A DNA stretch of 64,000 nucleotides, from NCBI GenBank assembly GCA_964609095.1, contig CAZSQN010000002.1, forward strand, positions 12,633 through 76,632. Reading direction: 5' to 3'. The translations under genes and the position numbers were made by a program. Source of the DNA: an uncultured Gammaproteobacteria bacterium. GTDB lineage: Bacteria; Patescibacteriota; Patescibacteriia; CAZSQN01. Position 1 is the stretch's first letter. Each line of letters starts with the position of its first letter. Under the pieces are notes generated by a model. The model was not told the origin of the DNA and made no database searches. It saw nothing but the letters and a program-made list of their open reading frames with translations. This document shows, piece by piece, positions 10,309 to 20,327 of the stretch.

Positions 10309-10433
10309 GTCACGCTGTAAGTTTGTCATTTTGGCTTAATATTAAAGATAATTAAGTAAAAATTATAAATAAGTTATTTGACATAGTTTAGGCCGGCGGC
10401 TACTATGAAAACGCTCGTGCGGCGAAAGGAGAG

Positions 10434-10763
10434 ATGATGGTTTATTTGGTATTGACGCTTGTTTCGTTGGGCGCGGCTCTTGGTCTTTTTTTGGCAATTG
10501 CCGTTGCCGGCTATTATCTGCGGCGCGAACCGTGCAAACCGCCGGAGTACCACAAATCATTTGGCTGGCTCTATACCCTCGCGGGAACGGCGCTCACCGC
10601 AAGCATCGGCGCGAACTTCAAACTTCACGCTCTTGCCAGAACAGCTCGCCCGTTCTCTCCGGACTGGACAGTGGTGGCTTTAATTGTCGTTGCCGCGCTT
10701 CTCGCCTTGTACCATTTTCGCAAAGCGGCCCGGCTTGCGCCAAGACGCAAGCCAATGGCTTAA
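10434..10763 (+). CDS. small 3-TM membrane protein
   Basis: Shine-Dalgarno AAGGAG, three hydrophobic segments, paralogous to next gene. Confidence 0.65.
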   Translation: MMVYLVLTLVSLGAALGLFLAIAVAGYYLRREPCKPPEYHKSFGWLYTLAGTALTASIGANFKLHALARTARPFSPDWTVVALIVVAALLALYHFRKAARLAPRRKPMA

Positions 10764-10813
10764 TTGTAATTATGATTAAGCCGTAAAGCAACTCTCGGAG
10801 AAAAGAGGCGCGG

Positions 10814-11113
10814 ATGGTTTTAACAGTATTGGTCATTCTCACTTTTGTTGCTCTCGCGGTTCTTTTACTCGCCGTTATGGTCTTGATGTTTAAGTACGGC
10901 AATTATCCATGGTCGCCCAAAGAGCACAAAAGAGTCGGCTGGCTCTGGATTGCCATTGGCGCCTGCGTCACCGCGCAAAATGTGATTGCCGCCTTGCTTG
11001 GAGTGTCTCTGCGATTGGTGCCGTTTCTGCTTGTGGCCGGAATCGCTCTCCTTGCATGGCTCCAATTCCGAAGAGCCAACAAGCTCATGCGGCCGTTAAA
11101 TAAAAATGAATAA
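10814..11113 (+). CDS. small 3-TM membrane protein (paralogue of 10434..10763)
   Basis: Shared P..P.E.HK..GWL and FR.A..L motifs. Confidence 0.65.
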   Translation: MVLTVLVILTFVALAVLLLAVMVLMFKYGNYPWSPKEHKRVGWLWIAIGACVTAQNVIAALLGVSLRLVPFLLVAGIALLAWLQFRRANKLMRPLNKNE

Positions 11114-11145
11114 AAAAATCCCTCGAGTTTCCTCGAGGGTTATTT

Positions 11146-11868
11146 TTATCTCGTCCCTACACGGGTTGCGGAAAGAGTGTAGCTGCCGCCTTCCTCTCCT
11201 CTCTCCGATATATTCATACACCGCAAGGTGTATGTTCCCGCGGAAAAGAAACGATAACGAATCGTGGCATTGCCAGACCAATCGTACAAATCGTGGTTTT
11301 GGAAAACATTGCCTTGCGCATCAGCAAGAACTAAACCGGAATAAAAGTTGCCGCTCTTAATCTTCAGCCGAAAGATAACATCATCTCCGGCTCTGGCGAA
11401 AAACTTCCAATCTTGGCTTAGCGGACCAGTACTTCTATTACTAACAGTTCCGCTCACGACCTTGTTCATTCCGAGCACTCGTTCATCAGTACCGTTCGCG
11501 CAGACCGGACAGGCGGAACACGCCCGCGCCGGAGCTGGCGCTGGCGCGTTGGTATCAAGCGCAACTCGCGAATGAAGATCGCGGGCAACTTCTTGCGCAA
11601 ACTCGCGGCGATATTGGCCGGCAACTCGCGACACGCGCCAAACAACTTTCCTAGAAATATCCTCAATCTGGTTCTCGTCCAGCGCTGAATTGTTTGACAT
11701 CACTCCGATAACCGTTGCCGGAATTATGCCAATCAGCAGATAGACGGCCACTCGCGGCCACTTGCGCAGCGCCGAGAATCGCCACATGAGCTTGTCGTTC
11801 TGCTCTCGCAGTTTCTCGTTCTCCGCCAAAAGCTTGGCAACTTCGTCGTTTCTGTACGGTGCGTCCAT
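11146..11868 (-). CDS. membrane-anchored protein with C-terminal PPC-like beta-sandwich domain
   Basis: N-terminal coiled coil, one TM, F.ARAGD.V.FR...G.Y.L...GSYTLSA; good SD. Confidence 0.7.
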   Translation of the reverse strand: MDAPYRNDEVAKLLAENEKLREQNDKLMWRFSALRKWPRVAVYLLIGIIPATVIGVMSNNSALDENQIEDISRKVVWRVSRVAGQYRREFAQEVARDLHSRVALDTNAPAPAPARACSACPVCANGTDERVLGMNKVVSGTVSNRSTGPLSQDWKFFARAGDDVIFRLKIKSGNFYSGLVLADAQGNVFQNHDLYDWSGNATIRYRFFSAGTYTLRCMNISERGEEGGSYTLSATRVGTR

Positions 11869-11880
11869 CTCTTTCCTCCT
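11800..11880. repeat. 81-bp direct repeat of SD + first 23 codons (other copy 12598-12678)
   Basis: 3 mismatches in 81 bp. Confidence 0.9.
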
Positions 11881-11922
11881 CGCCCTGAACGAAGTTGAAG
11901 GGCTTGTTGCCGGGTTTATTGA

Positions 11923-12666
11923 TTATGGGAGTCTCGCGGAAAGCGTGTAATTACCTGACCAAACATCTGTCCAAATATTTTTTGGACCGTAAATACCGCA
12001 CCTCGCAGCAATCAAATATTGTCCGGTGGAGGTAAATGCATAGATAAGCGTGGCGTTGGTGCCAGATCCCGAATTCTCGTCCTCGGCGACCCGCCTTCCA
12101 TCTGGGGCATACAATTGAATAAAAGGATCAAGATTCACATCGGTGGACTTCATTCTAAAAACAACACGGTCGCCGACTCGGGCGTTAAACCGCCACCAAC
12201 CCCTTTCGGGATCAATTGTGGCTTGTTGGCGATAACCTTTTCTGGAATGAATTTGGCCGCGAACAACTTGTCCGAGGCGCAATTCGTCTTGCGCTTGCCT
12301 GTTTTGGCCGGCTGGCTGTTTGGCAACGGTTCTTGCCTGGCGCCGTTCCAATTCCGCGCTTACGGCAAATTGGATATCTTCCCGCAGAGTTGCTGAAATT
12401 CGGCGCGAAACGCGGTCAGAAGTTTGCGCAACAATAACAGCGCGGTCTTGATGTGTAAGCGTCTGAATCGCCTCTTGCCGCGCTGTCTTGTTTCCCGCTT
12501 CAAAAGCCGAGATACACAGAATCGCGCCAACAAGAAACAAAGCAACGCCAATCGGCCACTTCTTAACCAGAGCATAACGAGACATTATTCCATCATACTG
12601 CTCTCGCAGTTTCTCGTTCTCCGCCAAAAGCTTGGCAACCTCATCGTTTCTGTACGGTGCGTCCAT
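11923..12666 (-). CDS. membrane-anchored PPC-like domain protein (paralogue)
   Basis: Identical N-terminus MDAPYRNDEVAKLLAENEKLREQ; LDPFIQLYAPDG..VAEDENSG. Confidence 0.72.
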   Translation of the reverse strand: MDAPYRNDEVAKLLAENEKLREQYDGIMSRYALVKKWPIGVALFLVGAILCISAFEAGNKTARQEAIQTLTHQDRAVIVAQTSDRVSRRISATLREDIQFAVSAELERRQARTVAKQPAGQNRQAQDELRLGQVVRGQIHSRKGYRQQATIDPERGWWRFNARVGDRVVFRMKSTDVNLDPFIQLYAPDGRRVAEDENSGSGTNATLIYAFTSTGQYLIAARCGIYGPKNIWTDVWSGNYTLSARLP

Positions 12667-12679
12667 CTCTTGCCTCCTT

Positions 12680-12892
12680 TCAGTTGCCCTTGTCGGTTGG
12701 ATTTCGTCCTTCGCAGTTGTCGCCTTTAGCGCGCATCTTTCCGGTTAGAACGCGCTGGTCCAAAAACATGGCCACTTCCGGCACGAACTTGACGCAAGTC
12801 CATTCACCATTGCCCACAGAGAGATAACGGCAGGTCTCTTTGCCATGACCGGCTTTGCAAACCTCTTCCAGATGCTTTTTGGGAATACCCAT
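12680..12892 (-). CDS. small Cys-containing hypothetical protein
   Basis: 4 Cys, SD AAGGAG, sigma70-like promoter upstream. Confidence 0.65.
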   Translation of the reverse strand: MGIPKKHLEEVCKAGHGKETCRYLSVGNGEWTCVKFVPEVAMFLDQRVLTGKMRAKGDNCEGRNPTDKGN

Positions 12893-12956
12893 TAGTTTTT
12901 TCTCCTTTCAAAGAACGCCGCTACCGTACCAAAAACGGACGCGAGTGTCAAGGTTG

Positions 12957-13036
12957 GTTAAGCGTTTAGCGGTTAGCGTATAGCGTTTAGTTTTTACCCT
13001 AAACCCTAAATGCTAAACCCTATACCCTGCAATCTA
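12957..13036. repeat. heptamer-periodic inverted repeat
   Basis: (AGCGTTT)n-like arm followed by (AAACCCT)n-like arm, abutting the Clp ATPase stop codon. Confidence 0.65.
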
Positions 13037-15733
13037 CAATTGTTCGGCTTTTTCTATTCTGATATTTCCTCCAGCCTCCAGTATCACCGTATCTCTCCGG
13101 CCGATTTTATTTTGGAGCAAAAAGTTAGCCAGCGCGTCCTGCACCTTCTCCTGAATTACGCGGCGGAGCGGCCGGGCTCCGAAAACCGGGTCAAAACCGG
13201 CTTGCGCCAACTCAACCAATGCCTCGTCAGTCACTTTAAGCGCCACGCCCTTTTGCTCAAGCTGTTTTGCCACCGCCTTTAACATCAGCCCCGCCACTTG
13301 CCTGATTTCATCCTCGGAAAGCGGGGTAAAGACGATGACGCCGTCAAAACGATTTAAAAATTCGGGCCTGAAATAATTTCGCAACTCCTGATTAATAAGC
13401 AGATTTTTAATCTGCTCCACCGCTGTTCCTTTTTTAATTTCATCTTGGATTACATCCGTTCCGGCGTTACTTGTGGCAATCAAAATCACATTGGTAAAAT
13501 CAACAGTCCTGCCGATATTATCCGTGAGCCGCCCGTCATCCATTACCTGCAAAAAAACATTCAAAATGTCAGGATGCGCCTTTTCAATTTCATCCAAAAG
13601 CAAAAGCGTGAACGGCTGGCCTCTTACCGCTTCCGTTAAAAGCCCGCCTGATGAGCCGCCGGGCTCGCCAATCATCCGATATAAAGATGACTGGTCTTGA
13701 TATTCGCTCATATCCAGCCGAATCATATTTTCTTCATTTCCAAAATAAACTTCCGCCACGGTTTTGGCTGTTTCCGTTTTCCCGACTCCGGTCGGGCCCA
13801 AAAAAAGAAAATTGGCAATGGGACGGCTGCCGGCGCGTAGCCCTGCCCGCGCCCGGCGAATGGCGGCGGCAACCGCTTTGACGGCTTCTTTTTGCCCCAC
13901 CACGCGGCTCGCCATTCTCTCTTCCAAATTCAGCAATTTTTCTTTTTCCTCTTCGCCGACTTTCGTCACCGGCACATGGCTTTTTTCGGAGATAATTTCC
14001 GCCACATCCTCGCCGCCGACTACTGCTCCGGCTCCGCGTTTGCCGGCAACGGCATGAGACGCCTCGCGCAAAATCTCAATGGCTTTTTCCGGCAAAAATC
14101 TGTCAACCAGATATTTATCCGAAAGCGAAGCGGCCTTTTCTACGGCGTCATAAGAGAAAAAGACCTTATTTTGATATTCGTACAATCCGGCTTTTGATTC
14201 CAAAATCTGAATAGTGTCGTCCAGATCCGACTCCGGCACTTCCACTTTCTCCAGCGCGTGCCCCAACGAGGTTTTTGCCAAGAGTTTGTAATCATCCGGG
14301 TTGGTGGAGCCAAGAGCGAAAAAATAATGTTTCCCCAGTTCGGTGGCCAACGTTTGCGCCAGATCCAGTCCGCCGGAGGCGGAGACAAGCTCATGGATAT
14401 TCGGGATGTAAAGAATCACATTTTTAGCGCGGGAAATTTCAAAGAAAATATGATAAAGCCGCTCGGCCGCCGCTTCCGCGCTTGCTCCGGCCAAAATTCT
14501 GGGCGCGGAAAGAGAAACCAGCCGTTTGTCTGACAATATCTTGGGCACGTCTTCTTCAACCATCCGCTCCGCAATGCCTTCTATAATGGCGTCCTTGCCC
14601 ACCCCTCTCTCTCCAACCAAAACAACGCTCGCGAGCCCGCCTTCCATAGCGCGGAAAATCGCCTGAATTTCTTTTTCCCTGCCGACAACCGGAGACAGGC
14701 GGCCATAACGGGCGGCAAGCGTCAAGTCCTGGCCAAACTGGTCAAGGTAAGGCGTGGCTACGGCCGTCATAGCGCGGCCGGCTTCGTGCGTCGGACGGCG
14801 CCGGGCAATTGCCCGTCCGGTGCGATAACGCGAGAGTATCTGGTTATTTATATCGTGCCAGGCGATAACATTGGCTATTTTCCGTTTATCAATTTCCAAA
14901 TCATAGAGAATTTCCTTTACCTTGCCCTCCGGTTCGGAAATCGCCAAAAGCAAAGCCGTTGGGTCAACAAATTTTTTCTTTTTTTCGTACGAATGGCCGT
15001 AAGCCAATGCCAACGCCTCTATTGCTTCGCCGGCAAAACGCGGCTCGCCGCTTCCGGCCGCTTCTCCAGAAAACGCTCCGCTTACTTTCTCGCGCAAAAT
15101 CTCGCCCCGTATTCCCAACCGCCCGAAAATTATTGCAATTTCATCCTGAGTCAAAAGGCCGGCAAAAATATGAATCAGGCCGACTTCATTCGCGCGCCGG
15201 CCGGCCGCGATTTTATAAGCAAAACGGAGCGCGTTTATGGCCGACGGCGTATATGACTTGGATACGTCAATCCAATTACTCCGCGGAATTTTCTCCGCTT
15301 CTTCCCAAGCAACTTTCCGCGTTTCTAACGGCTCCTCTTCAAAAGGTTTGCGCGCTACCGGAATTGTAAGCTCGCTCTCCCGCATTATTCTGTAAACAAG
15401 ATAAAAATCGCTCCAAACGGAAAGCCAAAAAACAAGAAGAAGCGCATCCGGCCTTCTCCAAAAAACGGAAGTCAAAATCGCGTCAAATCCGTAAATATAT
15501 CCCAGATAAACGATAATGCCGGCTCCAACAATGCCGAAAATTAACAGCGAAAAATTCAAAATCGCGTTGCCGACGGCAAAAGCGCGGGCAAGCGTGTTGG
15601 TTTTATTGTCAATCCTCTTACCCCAATAAAGCGCCTTATCGCCCAAAACAATGGCCTGTTCCGTTCCGTGGCAGCTGGCGCAATCCTTGCCGCCGCCGCG
15701 CGAGCCGCAAATTGGACAATTTATATCTGGCAT
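13034..15733 (-). CDS. ClpA/ClpB-family AAA+ ATPase with N-terminal CxxC pair and two TM helices
   Basis: LDQFGQDLT, GERGVGKD, FLFLGPTGVGKT, LLLLDEIEKAH, FRPEFLNR, GARPLRR. Confidence 0.9.
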   Translation of the reverse strand: MPDINCPICGSRGGGKDCASCHGTEQAIVLGDKALYWGKRIDNKTNTLARAFAVGNAILNFSLLIFGIVGAGIIVYLGYIYGFDAILTSVFWRRPDALLLVFWLSVWSDFYLVYRIMRESELTIPVARKPFEEEPLETRKVAWEEAEKIPRSNWIDVSKSYTPSAINALRFAYKIAAGRRANEVGLIHIFAGLLTQDEIAIIFGRLGIRGEILREKVSGAFSGEAAGSGEPRFAGEAIEALALAYGHSYEKKKKFVDPTALLLAISEPEGKVKEILYDLEIDKRKIANVIAWHDINNQILSRYRTGRAIARRRPTHEAGRAMTAVATPYLDQFGQDLTLAARYGRLSPVVGREKEIQAIFRAMEGGLASVVLVGERGVGKDAIIEGIAERMVEEDVPKILSDKRLVSLSAPRILAGASAEAAAERLYHIFFEISRAKNVILYIPNIHELVSASGGLDLAQTLATELGKHYFFALGSTNPDDYKLLAKTSLGHALEKVEVPESDLDDTIQILESKAGLYEYQNKVFFSYDAVEKAASLSDKYLVDRFLPEKAIEILREASHAVAGKRGAGAVVGGEDVAEIISEKSHVPVTKVGEEEKEKLLNLEERMASRVVGQKEAVKAVAAAIRRARAGLRAGSRPIANFLFLGPTGVGKTETAKTVAEVYFGNEENMIRLDMSEYQDQSSLYRMIGEPGGSSGGLLTEAVRGQPFTLLLLDEIEKAHPDILNVFLQVMDDGRLTDNIGRTVDFTNVILIATSNAGTDVIQDEIKKGTAVEQIKNLLINQELRNYFRPEFLNRFDGVIVFTPLSEDEIRQVAGLMLKAVAKQLEQKGVALKVTDEALVELAQAGFDPVFGARPLRRVIQEKVQDALANFLLQNKIGRRDTVILEAGGNIRIEKAEQL

Positions 15734-15736
15734 AAT

Positions 15737-16183
15737 TCAGCTCAAATTAAACAAAGCGGTAAATTGATAAAAGATTTCCCCCAAAACAAAGATGGGCGCG
15801 GACACCCAAAGCAGGTAAACGGCAACCTCCCAAACGGCCCAAAACGCCAAAGCAATAACGCGCGCCAAAATCTGTATCAGGCGCATAAAAAAGCTGATCA
15901 GCCGCCCGCTGATATCCCTGACGCCGAACATGGGAACAAAAAGATTTTTAACCCAGATGCGCACGCCGAGATTGGCCGCGCGGTTGCGCAAGCGCCTGAT
16001 AAAATTTTTGGAAAAACGAACCAGCCCTTTGGAATACCACCAAAAGGGAAAATAAAGAATATCGCCTAAAGTATTTAGAAAAATTGTTTGGCTTATTAAG
16101 CCGACGGCTGAACGCATAAGACCTATAGGACTAATTATCCCTATAGATTCTATCTTACCAAAAAAACGAAAAAACCGCCTCAA
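15737..16183 (-). CDS. membrane protein directly upstream of the Clp ATPase
   Basis: FPFWWYS, NLFVPMFG..DISGRLISFFMR; hydrophobic C-terminus; start uncertain. Confidence 0.7.
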   Translation of the reverse strand: MRRFFRFFGKIESIGIISPIGLMRSAVGLISQTIFLNTLGDILYFPFWWYSKGLVRFSKNFIRRLRNRAANLGVRIWVKNLFVPMFGVRDISGRLISFFMRLIQILARVIALAFWAVWEVAVYLLWVSAPIFVLGEIFYQFTALFNLS

Positions 16184-16209
16184 GCACGGTTCGGCGGTTT
16201 TGTCGCAAA

Positions 16210-16572
16210 CTATTTTAACGCAACCGGACCTCCGCCGGGCTCCACATACTCCACTCGCCCGATCGGCACAAGGCCGATCCGGCGCGCCTCCTCCTCGAGA
16301 CGCGCTATGGATTCCCTGTTCGCGAGTTCCGATTCCGCTTTTTTGTTTTGCAAAAGAAGTTCTTCAATGTGGACGCGTTCGTCGCGCAGCTTGAAATTGG
16401 CCGCCGCCACCACATTGCTTAAAACAATATAACCGGCGCTCAAAGCCAAAATTACCGCTCCTAAAATAAGGAAACGGCTGTCAACGCGCAAAACGCTCCA
16501 AACAGACGTTCGCCGCCGGCTGGCGGCGCCCGCAAACAGCGAGTAATGGGTGGCGGATAAGTAACGGCTCAT
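16210..16572 (-). CDS. FtsL-like cell division protein
   Basis: Position after mraZ-rsmH; TM + coiled coil; RLEEEARRIGL. Confidence 0.7.
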   Translation of the reverse strand: MSRYLSATHYSLFAGAASRRRTSVWSVLRVDSRFLILGAVILALSAGYIVLSNVVAAANFKLRDERVHIEELLLQNKKAESELANRESIARLEEEARRIGLVPIGRVEYVEPGGGPVALK

Positions 16573-17495
16573 TTTATTTTTTGAAATACCCTTAATTTCG
16601 CGCTTCTCGCGGCCGGATTTTTTTCTATTTCCTCCAAATCGGGAATCAAGGGCTTTTTTGTTAAAATTTTAATATCGTTTCCCTGCGCCTTTAGAAATCT
16701 CTTTACAATTCTGTCTTCAAGCGAATGAAACGAGATAATCGCGCCTCTTCCGCCCGCCTTAAGCAACCTCTTGATTTGTGGAAGCGCGCCGCGCAAATGC
16801 TCCAGCTCGTCATTGGTTCTTATTCTTAAGGCCTGAAAAATCCGCGTGGCTGGGTGCAATCCGCCGATCCATGGGATTTCTTTTTTACTCTTTAATTTCA
16901 TCCTGTACGCGGAAAGAATAATTTCCGAAAGCTGATTTGTCCTGACGATAGGATTCTTTTTCCGTTCAGAAATTATTCCCTCCGCGATTTCATTTGCCAG
17001 CGGCTCCTCGCCAAATGAACGAAAAACAGCTATAAGCTCGTTTTTACTTGATTGGTTGACAATATGGCTGGCGGTTGCCGGATTCTCCGGATCAAAGCGC
17101 ATATCCAAGGGCTCATCGCGCTTAAAACTGAAGCCCCGCCCGCTGCTTTCAAGTTCCGCGGTGCGAAGGCCAAGGTCAAGAAGTATCAAATCGGGAGTTG
17201 GGAAACCAACCCGTGCCGCAATCTCCTCCATCGCGCTAAAATTCCCTTGCGCCAATATTGCCCGCTTTTCAAATCTTCTTAATCTTTCTTTTGCCGTTTC
17301 TAACGCCTTTGGATCAAGGTCAATTCCCAAAAGTTTTCCCTTTGGACCGATTGCTTCTAAAATCGCTTCGCCGTGGCCCCCGTCGCCGATTGTGCCGTCA
17401 ATGGCATTTTCATTTTTTTGCGGATTCAAAAGAGCCAACGCTTCCTCCTTCAAAACTGGCACATGGTATTTCATACATTTCATGTAATCAGGCAC
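16569..17495 (-). CDS. rsmH: 16S rRNA m4C1402 methyltransferase
   Basis: HVPVL, DGTIGDGGH, RGFSF, PLDMRFD, ISFHSLEDRIVK. Confidence 0.97.
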   Translation of the reverse strand: MPDYMKCMKYHVPVLKEEALALLNPQKNENAIDGTIGDGGHGEAILEAIGPKGKLLGIDLDPKALETAKERLRRFEKRAILAQGNFSAMEEIAARVGFPTPDLILLDLGLRTAELESSGRGFSFKRDEPLDMRFDPENPATASHIVNQSSKNELIAVFRSFGEEPLANEIAEGIISERKKNPIVRTNQLSEIILSAYRMKLKSKKEIPWIGGLHPATRIFQALRIRTNDELEHLRGALPQIKRLLKAGGRGAIISFHSLEDRIVKRFLKAQGNDIKILTKKPLIPDLEEIEKNPAARSAKLRVFQKIK

Positions 17496-17519
17496 GGTAA
17501 TAAAATTTTTCGCAGGCCG

Positions 17520-17957
17520 CTATACCCCCAATTCTCCTAATTGTTCCGCAATATCGCTGCTGCCCCGTTCCGCCGATTGCTTGTAAGAATCCCATTCTCC
17601 CTTGTCCCAAAGCTCCAAACGGCTGCCCACGCCCGCCACCACCACATTTTTTTTAATTCCCGCATATTCGCGCAGATATTCAGGCACCATTATCCTGCCC
17701 TGTTTGTCCGGTTCCGCGTTCATTGCTCCCGCGAGCATCAACCGGGCAAAAGCGCGCGAATTGGCGGCTGCCATGGGCAGAGCGGAAATCCTGGCTGACA
17801 ATCTCTCCCATTCTTCTTTTGCGTAAAGAAATAAGCACTTATCCAAACCGCGAGTCACAACGCCGCCTTCTTTTAAGGCAGAACGAAATCGGGCCGGCAC
17901 AGAAATCCGCCCCTTTTCATCCAGGGAATGGTTGTATTCGCCGATAAACATATCCAC
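17520..17957 (-). CDS. mraZ: transcriptional regulator MraZ
   Basis: MFIGEYNHSLDEKGR, DKQGRI. Confidence 0.97.
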   Translation of the reverse strand: MDMFIGEYNHSLDEKGRISVPARFRSALKEGGVVTRGLDKCLFLYAKEEWERLSARISALPMAAANSRAFARLMLAGAMNAEPDKQGRIMVPEYLREYAGIKKNVVVAGVGSRLELWDKGEWDSYKQSAERGSSDIAEQLGELGV

Positions 17958-18010
17958 AGCTTATCCCACTTCATACCACTATGTCTATATTCTATACCAT
18001 TTTTTACCAC
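17953..18010 (-). promoter_or_regulatory. putative MraZ binding boxes and promoter
   Basis: Repeated GTGG(G/T/A) boxes at ~10-11 nt spacing upstream of mraZ; TAGAAT -10. Confidence 0.6.
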
Positions 18011-18097
18011 TTTTCAAGCATGGTTATCCCCATTTAAACAAAAAAGAAGCGGTTTTATCCGCCTCAAAATTTAGATACCTTACTCCCTTTTCACCTT

Positions 18098-19435
18098 TTA
18101 AGGGATAAGCTTTCTTCTATGCGTTCGACGGTAGAAGGCAATCGCAAATCTGTGCGCTTCGTCGCGCACAGCCACTAAAATATCTTTAAATTGATTGGCA
18201 ACTCTGGCCATTTCCGGATTATCTTTAGGCAAAATAAGCTCATCCTTTTTCCTGTCTACGCCTTTGGCAATGCCAACAATAGGAATGCCCAGATGATATG
18301 CTTCCAATACTTTCTTAGCCGCGTTAACTTGCGGAACTCCCCCGTCAATTAAAATTATTTCCGGCAATTCCCAGCCGGCACCGCGATGGGCAAAACGCCG
18401 CGTTAGCACCTCGCGAAGCATGGCCGTATCATTAGCGCTTTTTACGGTTTTAATTCTGAATTTGCGGTATTGGGATTTATCCGGCTCCCCGCCCGAAAAT
18501 ACTACCATGCTTCCGACTGCAGAAGTTCCGGAAATATTGGAAATATCATAACCCTCAATGCGGCCGTAGATATTAATGATATTCGCTTCTCCGCCTGCGG
18601 CGGACCAACCGTAGGTTGGCGCATCTCTCGTCAGCGCGGAAATATCCCGTATATTCTCCAGGGCGTAAAGGCGATTTCTTATTTTTGCCGCGTCCTCAAA
18701 TCTTTCTTCTTTAACGGCTTTTGCCATTTCTTTTTTAAACCCGCGAATCACTTGTCCTTTTTTGCCTTCAAAAAATAAAATCAGCCCGCGGATATTTTTT
18801 TTATATTCTTTTGGGGAAATCGCGCCGACGCAGACCCCTGGGCATTTTTTAAGGTGATAATCAAAACATGGTTTAGAATTTAGAATTTGGAATTTGGAAT
18901 TTGGAATTTTTGGCGGTTCGCAATCGCTCCATGGGAAACTCTTGCGCAAGATATTCAAGGCGGCGCGGAGCGCGTTGGGGCTCAAAAACGGCCCGAAAAC
19001 ACGCTTGAATTTGGAATTTGGAATTTGGAATTTGTTTCGGATTTCGGATTTCGTGCTTCGGATTTGATGTAACTCGTGTCCTCTCATCAACAATAATTTC
19101 GGATATTTATCTTTTGTGATAACTAAGTAAATAAAGCTCCTGTCATCTTTTTGCAGCACATTATATTTGGGCCACAATTCTTTGATTTTTTCCGCTTCCA
19201 AAATTAAGGCCTCCACCACGGTTTTAACGCGGATATAATCAATTGACTTTATTTCTTTTATAAGCTCGTAAACTTTACCGTTTTGCGGACGAGAAAAGTA
19301 GCTGCCGACGCGCGTTCGGAGCATTGATGCCTTGCCAACGTAAATAACTTTGCCCGAACTGTCTTTCATCAGATAAACGCCCGGGCTTGCCGGCAAAATT
19401 GAATTTTTTATTTTGATGCTTTTGGGAATTGACAT
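18098..19435 (-). CDS. uvrC: excinuclease ABC subunit C (compact form)
   Basis: GIY-YIG PGVYLM..VIYVGKA, RIEGYDISN, LIDGG, RDEAHRFA. Confidence 0.92.
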   Translation of the reverse strand: MSIPKSIKIKNSILPASPGVYLMKDSSGKVIYVGKASMLRTRVGSYFSRPQNGKVYELIKEIKSIDYIRVKTVVEALILEAEKIKELWPKYNVLQKDDRSFIYLVITKDKYPKLLLMRGHELHQIRSTKSEIRNKFQIPNSKFKRVFGPFLSPNALRAALNILRKSFPWSDCEPPKIPNSKFQILNSKPCFDYHLKKCPGVCVGAISPKEYKKNIRGLILFFEGKKGQVIRGFKKEMAKAVKEERFEDAAKIRNRLYALENIRDISALTRDAPTYGWSAAGGEANIINIYGRIEGYDISNISGTSAVGSMVVFSGGEPDKSQYRKFRIKTVKSANDTAMLREVLTRRFAHRGAGWELPEIILIDGGVPQVNAAKKVLEAYHLGIPIVGIAKGVDRKKDELILPKDNPEMARVANQFKDILVAVRDEAHRFAIAFYRRTHRRKLIP

Positions 19436-19492
19436 TTTAACGGTTTTGAGTTAAAACATAATCGGCACTTTTAAAACAGAAAGGAGCGCAAA

Positions 19493-19723
19493 ATGGTTCT
19501 AAAAGGTTATGTTCTCAAAGATGACGCCGGGGTTCTCGGCATTGTTCCCGCGGCTCATGCCGATAGCGGAGGCGAGCCGCAGGCATGGGATTATATCAGA
19601 AAGAATCGCATCCTTCAAACCGTGTATGCCGAGCCGGATGAAGACCTGGTTGATTTTATCATACGTATTAATCGCCTTGCAGACCGATGGCGGATGCGAT
19701 TTGAGCACCAAAACACAAATTAA
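19493..19723 (+). CDS. hypothetical protein
   Basis: SD AAGGAG and ATG. Confidence 0.5.
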   Translation: MVLKGYVLKDDAGVLGIVPAAHADSGGEPQAWDYIRKNRILQTVYAEPDEDLVDFIIRINRLADRWRMRFEHQNTN

Positions 19724-19743
19724 AGAATGGGGTTAAAAGAATC

Positions 19744-20304
19744 ATGAAAAACGATAACCTCGTCATGTCGTCTTTGAAAGAACTGATGGAGATTGAGGAA
19801 GCGCGACAAATCCGCGAACTGGAGCTGGAGGAAGCCGCCCGCGCCCAAATGGCGGCCAAACTCGCGGAAGAGAAAGAGCGCGCGGACGCGCTAAAAGCGC
19901 GGCGGCAAGAAGAGCTCCTGGCGCAAAACGCGGAACGTTCCGTTCGCGAACGCGAGGAAACGGCTTTGTGGCTCTCGCAATTGGAAAGGCGGCGGCGGCT
20001 TGCCATTCTCGCTTCCGGAGTCCCGACAGAACTCCGCCAGATCTTCCAAGACCTTCCCGAAATCCTTGAGACAATCGCGAGAAATCTCTCGCAAATGGCG
20101 GAACTCCATCAAAAGACAACCGCAACTCAAGGAGAAATTTTTCTCTCGTTCCTGGAAACGCTTCCGGAGAAAACAAGACAAGAAGCGCTAAGGAACTGGG
20201 CAACATTGGCGGATGGAAAGCTCTTTAAGTATTTTCCCAACGAAATGCGGCTCCTCTCTGATTGCCTTTGGAAATTCGTCAGATTGCTGCGGCCCGAGCC
20301 ATAA
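19744..20304 (+). CDS. coiled-coil hypothetical protein
   Basis: E/R/A-rich helical N-half. Confidence 0.65.
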   Translation: MKNDNLVMSSLKELMEIEEARQIRELELEEAARAQMAAKLAEEKERADALKARRQEELLAQNAERSVREREETALWLSQLERRRRLAILASGVPTELRQIFQDLPEILETIARNLSQMAELHQKTTATQGEIFLSFLETLPEKTRQEALRNWATLADGKLFKYFPNEMRLLSDCLWKFVRLLRPEP

Positions 20305-20327
20305 TTGGCAACGGCCGCTTTTTTTAT

